From NCBI GenBank assembly GCA_023244835.1, contig JAHFLN010000002.1:1-54748 (forward strand): a stretch of 54,748 bases of DNA. The letters run 5' to 3'. Under the pieces are notes generated by a model that was given only the letters and a program-made list of their open reading frames with translations, searched no databases and had not been told where the DNA came from. Source of the stretch: Candidatus Harrisonbacteria bacterium. Lineage in GTDB: Bacteria; Patescibacteriota; Minisyncoccia; UBA6257; UBA11618. The position numbers were made by a program, and so were the translations under genes. Shown here piece after piece: positions 44,100-53,153 of this stretch (its first letter is position 1; every line of letters starts with the position of its first letter).

Positions 44100-45566
44100 T
44101 TACGCTTTTCCATGCGTTCCTTTCTCGAAATACTCCTCTTCTCCGCCGATGCGTTCCAGGTCATGCCGTTTTCCTTCGATCACGCTCCGCGCGGCCATGA
44201 TGCCCATTTCGAGCGAATGATCCTGGTTGTTGTAACGGAATCGTCCTGGCCGCCCTATATAATGGAGATTTTCGAACCGGTCGAGGTATTCCTTCACCGG
44301 GTCGAGGTACGAGCGGTATTCGGTGTCGTAGATCGGATAGACTTTTTTCTGTCGGATCAGATAACTTTCCCTCACTTCGTCTTGCCTGCAGAAGCCGAGG
44401 CGTTCCAGGTGCCCCATCGCGAGCCCGAGCAGGTATTCTTTCGGAGCGTTCCATATAGCGTCTCCTTCGAAGCAGAAGAATTCGATGAAGAGGGACGTCT
44501 TTCCCGGCGGGCTCATTTTCTGGCTGAAATTCTTCATTTCGCTGATCCTGCCGAAGGGGATTTGTTTTTCCGGAAAATAGATCCATTGATCGTGCGTAAC
44601 CCGTTCCTTGTCGAGGGTTATGAAGAGGTATGTCTGGTCCCGGTAGCGCATTCTTTCCGCGGCGGCCATCACAGCTTCTGGCGGTACGGGGTCTAACAGC
44701 TTCAGGAATTCCTTCGGCGGGATCGATTCGATGATTTGGTCGGGGGCCGTTTCCTCCGTCCTATCCCCTGCCTTCAGGGTTATTCCCGTGATCCGTTTCC
44801 CGTCATGCCGAATTTTTATCGGGTAGGTTCCGCATCGCACGGGATGTCCTCCGTCCGCGAGTTTTTTCGCGATCGTTTCATAGATAAGTCCCGTGCCGTA
44901 TTCGGGGTAATAGAAACTATCCACGAGCGTGCGGAGCGGAGCGGTGCGGAAGGACCCTATGGCGCCCTCCATAGCCGCTTTAATGAGAAATCCCACCGAG
45001 AGCCCCTTGATGCGCTGGGTCGCCCAATCCGAATGTATCGTCGAGGCTTTTACGCCCCAAATTTTTTCTGTGTAATTTATCATATTAAACTCGGCGAGCG
45101 TCCTGCCGAAGTGCGCCACCACATGATCCTCGAAATTTCGGATCGGCTTTTTCATGAGGCCGTAGCGTGCCTGCGCGACGCAGTAATCGGCGATCATTCG
45201 CACGGCTTTCGTGGGGCCGATATTCGCGAGCGCTTGCACGGGTTTTATGGGGTAGTCGTAGAATTTTCCGGCGATGTGCTGGCGCGTCTGTCTCTTCACT
45301 TCAATCCAGCGTTCGCCTACAAGTTCGCCTATGAATTCGTAGAGGTAGGGATTTTTCGAGAAGAACCGGTGCGGGCCGTTATCCGTGCGGAAGACGAGCC
45401 CGTCTTCGTCGAATGAGTATGTCTTCGCGAGGCCTCCCGGGATATCCGCCTTTTCCACGACCGTAAATTTCTCTCCCGCCTTCGAAAGCTCGATCGCCGA
45501 TGCGAGTCCCGCAGGCCCTGCTCCTATCACATATGTTTCCCGCATATGGGCTAAGAGTACGCTCAT
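44100..45566 (-). CDS. FAD/NAD(P)-binding oxidoreductase (amine-oxidase / UDP-galactopyranose-mutase-like superfamily)
   Basis: 488 aa with dinucleotide fold YVIGAGPAGLASAIELSKAGEKFTVVEKADIPGG, then TDNGPHRFFSKNPYLYEFI. Confidence 0.8.
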   Translation of the reverse strand: MSVLLAHMRETYVIGAGPAGLASAIELSKAGEKFTVVEKADIPGGLAKTYSFDEDGLVFRTDNGPHRFFSKNPYLYEFIGELVGERWIEVKRQTRQHIAGKFYDYPIKPVQALANIGPTKAVRMIADYCVAQARYGLMKKPIRNFEDHVVAHFGRTLAEFNMINYTEKIWGVKASTIHSDWATQRIKGLSVGFLIKAAMEGAIGSFRTAPLRTLVDSFYYPEYGTGLIYETIAKKLADGGHPVRCGTYPIKIRHDGKRITGITLKAGDRTEETAPDQIIESIPPKEFLKLLDPVPPEAVMAAAERMRYRDQTYLFITLDKERVTHDQWIYFPEKQIPFGRISEMKNFSQKMSPPGKTSLFIEFFCFEGDAIWNAPKEYLLGLAMGHLERLGFCRQDEVRESYLIRQKKVYPIYDTEYRSYLDPVKEYLDRFENLHYIGRPGRFRYNNQDHSLEMGIMAARSVIEGKRHDLERIGGEEEYFEKGTHGKA

Positions 45567-45574
45567 TCCCGTGC

Positions 45575-45603
45575 AAAAAAAAGATCCGTCGCTTGACGGA
45601 ATC
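45575..45603 (-). terminator. Rho-independent terminator after rplK
   Basis: Stem gatccgtc (45583-45590) / gacggaatc (45595-45603, one bulge). Eight A at 45575-45582 give a T8 run on the minus strand. It lies 17 nt after the rplK stop. Confidence 0.75.
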
Positions 45604-45620
45604 CTTTCTTCGAATCTTTT

Positions 45621-46046
45621 TTATTCTCCGATCACTATCCCCATATTCTTCGCGGTTCCGGCGATCATGCGTTCCGCGCCTTCCAGGTCATAGGCGTTCA
45701 GGTCAGGCATTTTGCGCTCGGCTATCGCGCGCACCTGAGCTTTCGTGACGGTTCCTACCGTCTTCTTCCCTCCTTCGGCCGACCCTTTCGCGACCCCGGC
45801 GTATTTCTTCAAGAGCGCGGCGACAGGCGGAGTCTTCAGCTTGAAGTCGAAACTGCGGTCGTCGTAGATCGTTATTTCCGCCGGGACGATGTCTCCTATC
45901 ATGTCTTTCGTCGCGTCGTTGAATTTTTTGCAGAAGTCGCCGATGTTCACGCCGTGCTGGCCGAGCGCGGGGCCGATCGGAGGGGTAGGTTTAGCCTCGC
46001 CTGCGGCGATCTGCAATTTCAGTACTGTTTTTACCGGTTTTGACAT
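45621..46046 (-). CDS. rplK: 50S ribosomal protein L11
   Basis: 141 aa with [34 protein letters not shown], a classic L11 N-domain. Confidence 0.95.
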   Translation of the reverse strand: MSKPVKTVLKLQIAAGEAKPTPPIGPALGQHGVNIGDFCKKFNDATKDMIGDIVPAEITIYDDRSFDFKLKTPPVAALLKKYAGVAKGSAEGGKKTVGTVTKAQVRAIAERKMPDLNAYDLEGAERMIAGTAKNMGIVIGE

Positions 46047-46055
46047 ACCCTGTGT

Positions 46056-46171
46056 TACAAATTCGATTAGTTAGTGATTATTTCTTGAAATCCTAGTATA
46101 CCCCGTATCACCTTATTTTACCAGTGTCTTCGCATTCTTTCTTCCCGCCTTGCAGGATGATCGAATTTGTA
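46056..46171 (-). promoter_or_regulatory. Long-range inverted repeat in the nusG-rplK spacer (candidate structured rplK leader)
   Basis: tacaaattcgat (46056-46067) is the exact reverse complement of atcgaatttgta (46160-46171). It extends to 14 bp with one wobble and encloses about 92 nt directly upstream of the rplK start. Confidence 0.4.
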
Positions 46172-46186
46172 GCACGGGGCATATGT

Positions 46187-46750
46187 TTAGGTTTTTTGTA
46201 TCTGGAGAGAATCCAGCTCGATCATAGTATCCCTGCCGAAAATAGGCGCGAGAACCTTCACTTTTCCCTTCGCCTCGTCGACTTCCGAGACTTTCGCCTC
46301 GTAATCCTTGAACGGGCCGTCGGTTATCTTTACCATATCCCCCGGCACCACGTCTATCTTGAAATTCATTTTGCTGTCTCCCATGCGAGCCATCAGCACG
46401 TCTATCTCTTCCTTCGAGAGCGGCGTCGGCTGGGTGCTGTCGGCGCCCACGAATCCCGTCACGCGGGGCGTATTGCGCACCAAGTACCATGAGTCATCGG
46501 TCAATACCATGTCGACCAAGACGTAGCCGGGATATATCTTCTCCTCAACCTCGCGACGCTTGCCGTTCTTGATCTTAATCTTTTTCTCCTTCGGCACGAT
46601 GACTTCGAAGACTTTATCTTCCATTCCGAGCGACTCCACGCGCTGCTTTAAGTAGCGCACGACGGCGTCTTCGTATCCGGAGTAGGTGCGGATGGCGTAC
46701 CAGTGACGCCCTTCCCCTTTCTGCTTTTTTGATTGCGTGATGGGCTGCAT
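46187..46750 (-). CDS. nusG: Transcription termination/antitermination factor NusG
   Basis: 187 aa with WYAIRTYSGYEDAV (NGN domain) and a C-terminal KOW (GDMVKITDGPFKDYEAKVSEVD). Confidence 0.95.
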   Translation of the reverse strand: MQPITQSKKQKGEGRHWYAIRTYSGYEDAVVRYLKQRVESLGMEDKVFEVIVPKEKKIKIKNGKRREVEEKIYPGYVLVDMVLTDDSWYLVRNTPRVTGFVGADSTQPTPLSKEEIDVLMARMGDSKMNFKIDVVPGDMVKITDGPFKDYEAKVSEVDEAKGKVKVLAPIFGRDTMIELDSLQIQKT

Positions 46751-46754
46751 GCTA

Positions 46755-46937
46755 TTAAAGAATGTAATTATTCAGGCCGTAGAGGAGGCCGAAATCCGCG
46801 GCGCCGAGGAATGCCGCGATGCCGAGCGAGAGCGCGATCACGACGACGGTCATGCGCGCGGTTTCCGCGGCCGTCGGCCAGTTTATGCGCTGGAACTCAT
46901 GCTGGCACTCCGTTACGAATGACGATAGGCGATCCAT
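46755..46937 (-). CDS. secE: Preprotein translocase subunit SecE
   Basis: 60 aa with EFQRINWPTAAETARMTVVVIALSLGIAAFLG. It is in the canonical position upstream of nusG. Confidence 0.9.
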   Translation of the reverse strand: MDRLSSFVTECQHEFQRINWPTAAETARMTVVVIALSLGIAAFLGAADFGLLYGLNNYIL

Positions 46938-46961
46938 GGGGATATGATACCTGACTTTTCC

Positions 46962-48899
46962 TTATATGTCCAGGTTCTTCACCGAGAGCGCATGGGTCTG
47001 TATGAAGTGCTTTCGGGGTTCGACTTCCGATCCCATCAAGATATCGAACAGCTTGTCGGCTTCCTGGGCGTCCTCTATGCGGACCTGGAGGAGGATGCGG
47101 TTTTCCGGATTCATCGTCGTTTCCCAGAGTTGTTCCGGATTCATTTCCCCGAGACCTTTATAGCGCTGGACATTCCCATCCTTCAGGACGCCTAATATCC
47201 GCTCCTTCTCATTGTCGCTGTACGCGTAACGCACGTCCTTTCCCTTGTTGATCTTGTAGAGGGGCGGCTGGGCGATATAGATATATCCCCCTTCTATGAG
47301 CGGTGCGAAGTGCCGGTAGAAGAGCGTGAGGAGGAGCGTGCGGATGTGCGCGCCGTCCACGTCCGCATCCGTCATGATGATGATCTTGTGGTAGCGGAGC
47401 TTCGCGATGTCGAACGATTCGGCGATGGCGGTGCCGAGCGCTATCACGAGGAACTTAATCCCCTCGAAAAGAAGTATTTTTTCCATACGCGCCTTTTCGA
47501 CGTTCAGTATCTTTCCCTTGAGCGGCAGGATTGCCTGCGTGCGCCGGTCGCGGCCCATCTTCGCCGAACCGCCTGCCGAATCTCCCTCCACGATGAAGAG
47601 TTCCGATTCGTCGGCGCGCCGGCTCGAGCAGTCCGCGAGCTTTCCCGGAAGCGTGAGCCCCTCGAACGCGCCTTTTCTAAGGACGGTTTCCTTGGCCGCC
47701 TTCGCCGCTTTGCGCGCTTTGGCCATCAAGAGGCATTTCGTGATGATCTTCTTCGCGTCGCCGTCGTGCTGTTCCAGGAAGTCTTTCAGCGCTTCGGCGA
47801 CCACGGTCTCGACCGCGGCGCGAGCTTCGGTCGTACCGAGCTTCGCTTTGGTCTGCCCCTCGAACTGCGGTTCGGGGAGCTTCACTGAGATTATGCTTAT
47901 AAGGCCTTCGCGCACGTCGTCTCCCGTCAGGTTCTCATCGGCTGTTTTTACCACGTTCTTCGCGCGGGCGTAATCGTTGATCACGCGGGTTAGGGCCGAG
48001 CGGAAGCCGGTAACGTGCGTTCCGCCTTCCGGCGTATTGATATTGTTCGCGAAGCTCAATTCGCGCGCATCGAGCTCGTTCGCATACGCGAACGCGACCT
48101 CGACGTGTATCGGTCCCGCGTTTTTATCGACATAAAAATGCTCTTCCTGGAGCGGGTGCTCCTCGTCGCTCAGGTTACGTATGAAAGATTTCAGGCCGCC
48201 GTCGAAGTAGAAGGCGTAGCTCGATGGCGGTTCTTCCGGGTTTCGCAGGTCCGTGACCGATATGCGGATTCCTTTCGTGAGGTATGCCTGCTGGCGTAAG
48301 CGGCTTATGATGCGATGCAGGTCGTATTCGACGACGGGAAAGATAGAGGGGTCTGCCTGGAACATGACGCGAGTCCCCGTCTTTCCGAAGAACGGCTCCT
48401 TAGCGGATGACCCCACCTTTTTTATTTTTGATTGCGGCACGCCTTTCGCGAATTCCTGCGTGTAGAGGGAGCCATCGCGCGAGACATGCACGACGCATTT
48501 CGTGGAAAGCGCGTTTACTACCGAGACACCTACGCCGTGGAGGCCGCCCGACACCTTGTATGAGTCGCCGCCGAATTTTCCTCCGGCGTGGAGCTTCGTC
48601 ATGACGGTTTCGAGCGCGGAGACGCCGGTCTGCGCGTGCATTTCGACGGGAATGCCCCGCCCGTCGTCTATGACCGATACCATATTGTCCGGCAGGAGCT
48701 CGATCACGACGCTTTTCGCGTATCCGGCCATCGCCTCGTCGATCGAGTTGTTCATGACCTCCCATACGAGATGATGGAGGCCGTCGACGCCCGTCGAGCC
48801 GATGTACATGCCTGGGCGCTTGCGCACCGGGTCAAGCCCTTCGAGGACCTGGATATCTTTCGCGGTATATGACGCTTTTTTGGGCTTTTCTTCGGGCAT
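46962..48899 (-). CDS. gyrB: DNA gyrase subunit B
   Basis: 645 aa with [34 protein letters not shown], the GHKL ATPase, the Toprim motif [15 protein letters not shown], and the C-terminus [18 protein letters not shown]. Confidence 0.95.
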   Translation of the reverse strand: MPEEKPKKASYTAKDIQVLEGLDPVRKRPGMYIGSTGVDGLHHLVWEVMNNSIDEAMAGYAKSVVIELLPDNMVSVIDDGRGIPVEMHAQTGVSALETVMTKLHAGGKFGGDSYKVSGGLHGVGVSVVNALSTKCVVHVSRDGSLYTQEFAKGVPQSKIKKVGSSAKEPFFGKTGTRVMFQADPSIFPVVEYDLHRIISRLRQQAYLTKGIRISVTDLRNPEEPPSSYAFYFDGGLKSFIRNLSDEEHPLQEEHFYVDKNAGPIHVEVAFAYANELDARELSFANNINTPEGGTHVTGFRSALTRVINDYARAKNVVKTADENLTGDDVREGLISIISVKLPEPQFEGQTKAKLGTTEARAAVETVVAEALKDFLEQHDGDAKKIITKCLLMAKARKAAKAAKETVLRKGAFEGLTLPGKLADCSSRRADESELFIVEGDSAGGSAKMGRDRRTQAILPLKGKILNVEKARMEKILLFEGIKFLVIALGTAIAESFDIAKLRYHKIIIMTDADVDGAHIRTLLLTLFYRHFAPLIEGGYIYIAQPPLYKINKGKDVRYAYSDNEKERILGVLKDGNVQRYKGLGEMNPEQLWETTMNPENRILLQVRIEDAQEADKLFDILMGSEVEPRKHFIQTHALSVKNLDI

Positions 48900-48927
48900 T
48901 GATTATAGGGCTATTATAGCAGAAAAA

Positions 48928-50844
48928 TCACCGTACTTCAAACGGAAAATCATTCGCAATCCTCTCGAGCATTGCCTTCATTTCCGCATCCGCTTCGGCG
49001 TCCGAAAGCGTCCGGTCGGGCGCCGCGAACGTGAGCCGGAATGTCATGCTTTTTTTCCCTTCGGGAACGCCTTTTCCTTCATAGGTCGTGAGGAATTCGG
49101 CAGTTTCGCAGCGTGCCGATCCGGCTCCTTCAATACTCTTCATAGCCTCGCCGACCCGCATCGAGCGATCGACTGAGAGCGATATATCCCGTGTTATCTT
49201 CGGGAATTTTGGCAGGGCTTCGAACTGCCTGGTCACGCTTTCCATGCGCGCCAGTTTTTCCACGTCTAATTCCGCGAATGCCCGCGGAGCCGCCCCCGTT
49301 TCATACCCGATCCATCCGAGCATTTCGCCGCCGCCATATACCTTGATTTCCGCTTTCCCCTCTTCTTTGAAGTCGGGGTTGCGAGTCCCCATCTTTTCGA
49401 GCAGTTGTTCGATCATGCCTCGCACTTTGCGGAATATCTCTTCCGCATCACCTCCTTTTTCCGCGCAGGCAATTGCTACCATCACGTTTTCTTTGGGCTC
49501 GTGAGTGGCTTTCTTGTGGAATACATGCCCTATTTCGAAGAAGCCAGCCTTTTCCGCGAAGCGCAGGTTCGCATCAAGGGCGTACTTGAGCGCGGGGATG
49601 AGCGATGCGCGGAGATACTCCCCGTTCGAGCTTAAGGGGTTTTCGAGCGCGATTTCCCCTTCGCTCGCGAACGAACGGCTCACGGCTTCCGTAAGTCCGA
49701 AGCCGACGCAGGCTGTGCGGATTATGTCCACGGAGGTTATTCCCTTATCGTTGCGTGTCGGCATAAGCGCGACGCGCGGAGCTGTCGCTTCCAAGCGATC
49801 ATATCCTATGCATCGGGCTATTTCTTCCGCGAGATCCTCGAAGAGCGCGATATCCGTCCGTTCGGGCGGAGGCGTCGCTTTTTTTCCGGATATGGAAAAT
49901 CCAAGCCCTTTCAAAATTTTCAAGCACTCGCTTTCCGCGACATCGAACCCGGTGACGGAGGCGAAACGCTTCGCGTCGAATGCTATTGCCGCGGGCTTTT
50001 CCGGTTTCGGATAGGCATCTTGTATTTTTCCTGCCGTTCCGCCGCATATCTCTTTTATGAGATCGAGCGCCCGATATAGGCCTGTTTCCGCGAGAGCGGG
50101 GGCGAGCCCGTGCGCGAATCGAACGGAGGCATCGGTCGAGATGTCGACCCGTCTCGATGCTTTATATATCATTCCGCCGTCGAAGTTTGCCGCGGTAAGG
50201 ACTATGTTTTCCGTCGTTTCGCTAATTTCCGCCCGTTTTCCCCCTTTCACGCCTGCGATGTCCAAGGCGTAGTGGGCGTCGGAAATCACGAGCGTGCTCG
50301 GCGAGAGAATCAATTTCGCTCCGTCGAGGGTTTCCAGAGCCTCTCCCTCGCGCGCTTGGCGGACCGTGAGACCGCCTTCCATAAGCTTGTCGAGGTCGAA
50401 CGCATGGAGCGGCTGGCCGGTTTCCAACGTCACGTAGTTCGTGATATCGACGACCGCGCTTATAGGGCGCATGCCGTGTGCTTTGAGAATTTCTTGCATC
50501 CATGCCGGCGAGGCTTTTTTTTCAACACTTAGTACCGGGCAGGTTATTATGCGCTTACAGAGCGCCGGCATCGCGATCGTCGCCTGTACCGCGCGTTTCG
50601 CTTCCACCTTCGGTTTTTTCAGCTTTGGCAGGGCGAGGGGCGCATCTGAGATCGCGGCAATTTCCCGCGCGAAACCGAAGTAGCATGCCGCATCGGAATG
50701 CCGGTTCGGCAGGATTTTTACGTCTATGATCCCGTTTTCCGCCGACTCGACTTCGAACAGGTGCCGGGTGACGCGTTCCGCGAGTTCCGCGATGGGCGGA
50801 AGGGACGGAACGAGCTCTTTCAGTTTCGCGTATGAGAATTTCAT
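48928..50844 (-). CDS. pheT: Phenylalanyl-tRNA synthetase beta subunit (short form)
   Basis: Starts MKFSYAKLKELVP (ATG 50844). B3/B4, B5, the catalytic-like domain and the C-terminal FDX-ACB domain are recognisable. No OB-fold tRNA-binding segment follows the first ~40 residues. Confidence 0.9.
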   Translation of the reverse strand: MKFSYAKLKELVPSLPPIAELAERVTRHLFEVESAENGIIDVKILPNRHSDAACYFGFAREIAAISDAPLALPKLKKPKVEAKRAVQATIAMPALCKRIITCPVLSVEKKASPAWMQEILKAHGMRPISAVVDITNYVTLETGQPLHAFDLDKLMEGGLTVRQAREGEALETLDGAKLILSPSTLVISDAHYALDIAGVKGGKRAEISETTENIVLTAANFDGGMIYKASRRVDISTDASVRFAHGLAPALAETGLYRALDLIKEICGGTAGKIQDAYPKPEKPAAIAFDAKRFASVTGFDVAESECLKILKGLGFSISGKKATPPPERTDIALFEDLAEEIARCIGYDRLEATAPRVALMPTRNDKGITSVDIIRTACVGFGLTEAVSRSFASEGEIALENPLSSNGEYLRASLIPALKYALDANLRFAEKAGFFEIGHVFHKKATHEPKENVMVAIACAEKGGDAEEIFRKVRGMIEQLLEKMGTRNPDFKEEGKAEIKVYGGGEMLGWIGYETGAAPRAFAELDVEKLARMESVTRQFEALPKFPKITRDISLSVDRSMRVGEAMKSIEGAGSARCETAEFLTTYEGKGVPEGKKSMTFRLTFAAPDRTLSDAEADAEMKAMLERIANDFPFEVR

Positions 50845-50963
50845 CCCGTTAGAAGCAGGTCGCGCTACGCGACCGTGAGTGCATTGCACGACTATCGATT
50901 GTCGTTTCAGATTTCTTTTTCATCAGTAGTGTCTTGTTCATTATTCGGATGTTTTTAACGGGA

Positions 50964-51938
50964 TTAGAATTGCCGGAGGAATCGGGCGTCGTTACCGTAG
51001 AACAGGCGCACGTCGGGAATGCCGTATTTCGCCATTGCCCAACGGTCGAGGCCGCCGCCGAACGCGAACCCCTGCACGCCTTTCGGGTCGTAGCCGACCG
51101 CTTCGAAGACGTTCGGATGCACCATGCCGCCGCCCATCATCTCGAGCCAGGGCCCGTTTCCGATTCGCATGTCTATTTCCACGCTCGGTTCCGTGAACGG
51201 GAAAAAGCTCGGCCTGAACCGGAGGTCGACGTCCTTTTCGAAAAATTGCCGCGAGAATTCCCCGATGATCCATTTAAAGTTTCCGAGACTCACGTCTGTG
51301 CCGACCATCAGCCCCTCGAATTGGTAGAAATTCGCCTCATGCGAGGAATCCGTCGCTTCGTTCCTGAATACTCGTCCCGGCACGATGATCTGGAAAGGCG
51401 GTAAGTTCTTTTCCATATATCGAGCTTGCACGGGCGAGGTATGCGTGCGCATCAAGAGTCCTTTCGGCGCGCTTACCCAGAGCGTGTCCTGCATGTCGCG
51501 GGCCGGATGGTTTTTCGGGAAATTGAGCTTGTCGAAATTATATGTTTCGGTTTCGAGTTCGGGCCCTTCGACTGTTGCAAATCCCATATTGCCGAATATC
51601 CGCCGTATATCGCTTATCGTCTTCATGAGCGGGTGGCAATGACCCACCTCAGGCCTCGTGCCTGGCATCGTAAGGTCGATCCGCCGATGCGCGTCGGCGG
51701 CTCCTTTCAGGTTTTTTTCTTTCCGTACATACGCGGCTTCCAGATCGCGCTTCAGGGATTGCGCTTTGGGACCGAGATCTTTCTTCTCGTTAAGGGATTT
51801 TTCCCCGAGCGAGCGGAGAATCATCGTTATCTCCCCTTTTCTTCCCAGGTATACGCCGTGCCAGGCGGCGAGAGAATCCTCCGTATCCGCCGTTTCGAGT
51901 TCCCGGAGCGCTTTTTCCCGCGTCGCGTCGATATCCAT
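50964..51938 (-). CDS. pheS: Phenylalanyl-tRNA synthetase alpha subunit
   Basis: Class II motifs are present: HPLMKTISDIRRIF, FPKNHPARDMQDT, RTHTSPVQ, PGRVFRNE and GMVHPNV...GFAFGGGLDR. Start trimmed to MDIDATREK (51938). Confidence 0.95.
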   Translation of the reverse strand: MDIDATREKALRELETADTEDSLAAWHGVYLGRKGEITMILRSLGEKSLNEKKDLGPKAQSLKRDLEAAYVRKEKNLKGAADAHRRIDLTMPGTRPEVGHCHPLMKTISDIRRIFGNMGFATVEGPELETETYNFDKLNFPKNHPARDMQDTLWVSAPKGLLMRTHTSPVQARYMEKNLPPFQIIVPGRVFRNEATDSSHEANFYQFEGLMVGTDVSLGNFKWIIGEFSRQFFEKDVDLRFRPSFFPFTEPSVEIDMRIGNGPWLEMMGGGMVHPNVFEAVGYDPKGVQGFAFGGGLDRWAMAKYGIPDVRLFYGNDARFLRQF

Positions 51939-51965
51939 AGTGATTTCAGGATATCTGATGAAGTT

Positions 51966-52005
51966 AAAAAAAAGAAGCCCTCCGAGCATGAGCTCGGACG
52001 GCTTC
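51966..52005 (-). terminator. Rho-independent terminator between the Pro-rich membrane protein gene and pheS
   Basis: Stem gaagcc-c-tccgagc (51974-51987) / gctcgga-c-ggcttc (51992-52005) with loop atga. Eight A at 51966-51973 give a T8 run on the minus strand. It ends about 27 nt before the pheS ATG. Confidence 0.75.
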
Positions 52006-52037
52006 GTCCACGCTTTTTTGTATCCCTAGTGCGCGCG

Positions 52038-53153
52038 TCACTTGGTTGCCGGCTTCCACAGCCACTTCTTACAGCGGCACAGGGTGCCATCCGGGTGGCG
52101 ATGCAGGTCTTCCCGGTACGGGAGTAAGTCTCCCGTCTGCGGATCCTGATATAGGGACTTTTTTTCGTGAATCTGTCCCATCGTGCATTCGTACCCGATT
52201 AAAGCCCGCTTTTCCGGAGATGCGTTTTGCGGCGCATCTTTTTTCGCGCTTTCCGCTATTCGCGGAATCGCGACCGGTTCTCGATTTCCCGGCGAGCCGT
52301 TTTTAGGAGCGCTTTTCGGCGCGTCCTTTTTCGGCGCGTCGGGCAGGCTCCGATCTATTTTCTGGATCGGAGGCTCTCCATCCCCTGGGAGGGGCGGGAG
52401 TCCCGGCGGATCGAAATCGAGCTTCAGCTCTCCTTCGGGCGGCGGGGGCGGAGCGAGACTCCGCTTGAAGGGCTCCTGCTTCGGGTTCGGCTTCGCGCTG
52501 TTTTTTGGCGCGGGCCGTGCCACGTTTTCCGGCTCATCGAAGTTGAAGAGCGTGTCTGGATTATCCGCATCTTTCTTCGCTTTCGCTTGCGGCTTTTCCT
52601 TCCCGCTCAGGCAATCGATTTGCCTTCCTTGCTCATCGAGGCGTTCCTCGATGCGCCCGAATTTCATTTCGAGCCATTCGGGGCTTCCTTTTTTCGGCTC
52701 CGGCTTCTTCTCCTCCTTTTTTTCCTCGGCTTTCGCCACGGACTGTTTGGAGGGATTCGTGATATTCGTCACGTCCACATAGGGCGTAAGGTCGATCACG
52801 CGGCTTGCGCCGATACCCGCGCAGATCGCGAGGGCAGCCACCACAGTCGTCGAGACCCGCATAGCCCAGGTTCGCCAGGCTTCAGATCCCCATTCGTTGA
52901 ACCAGGCGATGATGACCATTGTGATGATCAAACACCCCCAAAACATAGGCCAACTGAACTGGAGCGCATTGATGAGCAGATAGCCGAGTCCGCCCAAAAG
53001 AACGAGCGCTTCGACGATCTTCCGCCAATCGTAATCTTCGAACATGTCCGATGCGAACGCGCATCCGGCATTCCACCATCTCTCTAACGTGTCCATGAGC
53101 GTCACCATCTCCTTTTCGAGGTGTCGGAAAATAGGCATTTTCGTGCCTGTCAT
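52038..53153 (-). CDS. Hypothetical membrane protein with a Pro/Lys-rich low-complexity region and Cys/His-containing C-terminus
   Basis: 371 aa with 3 TM helices near the N-terminus. It has repeated KKDAP.. units, a PPPPPEGELKLDFDPPGLPPLPGDGEPP tract, and the C-terminus YECTMGQIHEKK...HRHPDGTLCRCKKW. The start could also be the internal MPIFRHL. Confidence 0.65.
   Translation of the reverse strand: MTGTKMPIFRHLEKEMVTLMDTLERWWNAGCAFASDMFEDYDWRKIVEALVLLGGLGYLLINALQFSWPMFWGCLIITMVIIAWFNEWGSEAWRTWAMRVSTTVVAALAICAGIGASRVIDLTPYVDVTNITNPSKQSVAKAEEKKEEKKPEPKKGSPEWLEMKFGRIEERLDEQGRQIDCLSGKEKPQAKAKKDADNPDTLFNFDEPENVARPAPKNSAKPNPKQEPFKRSLAPPPPPEGELKLDFDPPGLPPLPGDGEPPIQKIDRSLPDAPKKDAPKSAPKNGSPGNREPVAIPRIAESAKKDAPQNASPEKRALIGYECTMGQIHEKKSLYQDPQTGDLLPYREDLHRHPDGTLCRCKKWLWKPATK

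Noticed and set aside
43847-44164. 105-aa ORF treated as an independent protein
   Set aside because: Only its first few codons after ATG 44074 (MDLAETKK) look genuine. The rest is the out-of-frame reading of the Methyltransf_24 N-terminal half, so I reinterpreted it as the 5' part of a frameshifted methyltransferase gene.
44034-45416. Plus-strand ORFs 44034..44696 (220 aa) and 44736..45416 (226 aa)
   Set aside because: They are antisense to the FAD-binding oxidoreductase gene, which has a clear dinucleotide-binding motif. Neither carries a motif of its own.
50845-50963. 119-nt AT-rich pheS-pheT spacer with a 7-bp hairpin (ggtcgcg-tag-cgcgacc) just upstream of the pheT start, considered as an attenuator
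   Set aside because: The stem is short with a 3-nt loop and no T-run, and I could identify no leader peptide or T-box features. The evidence is insufficient to call a regulatory element.
51426-53087. Plus-strand ORFs 51426..52127, 52183..52782 and 52227..53087
   Set aside because: They are antisense to pheS and to the Pro-rich membrane protein gene. Their products are low-complexity mirror images (Gly/Ser/Phe or Arg-rich) of the sense repeats.
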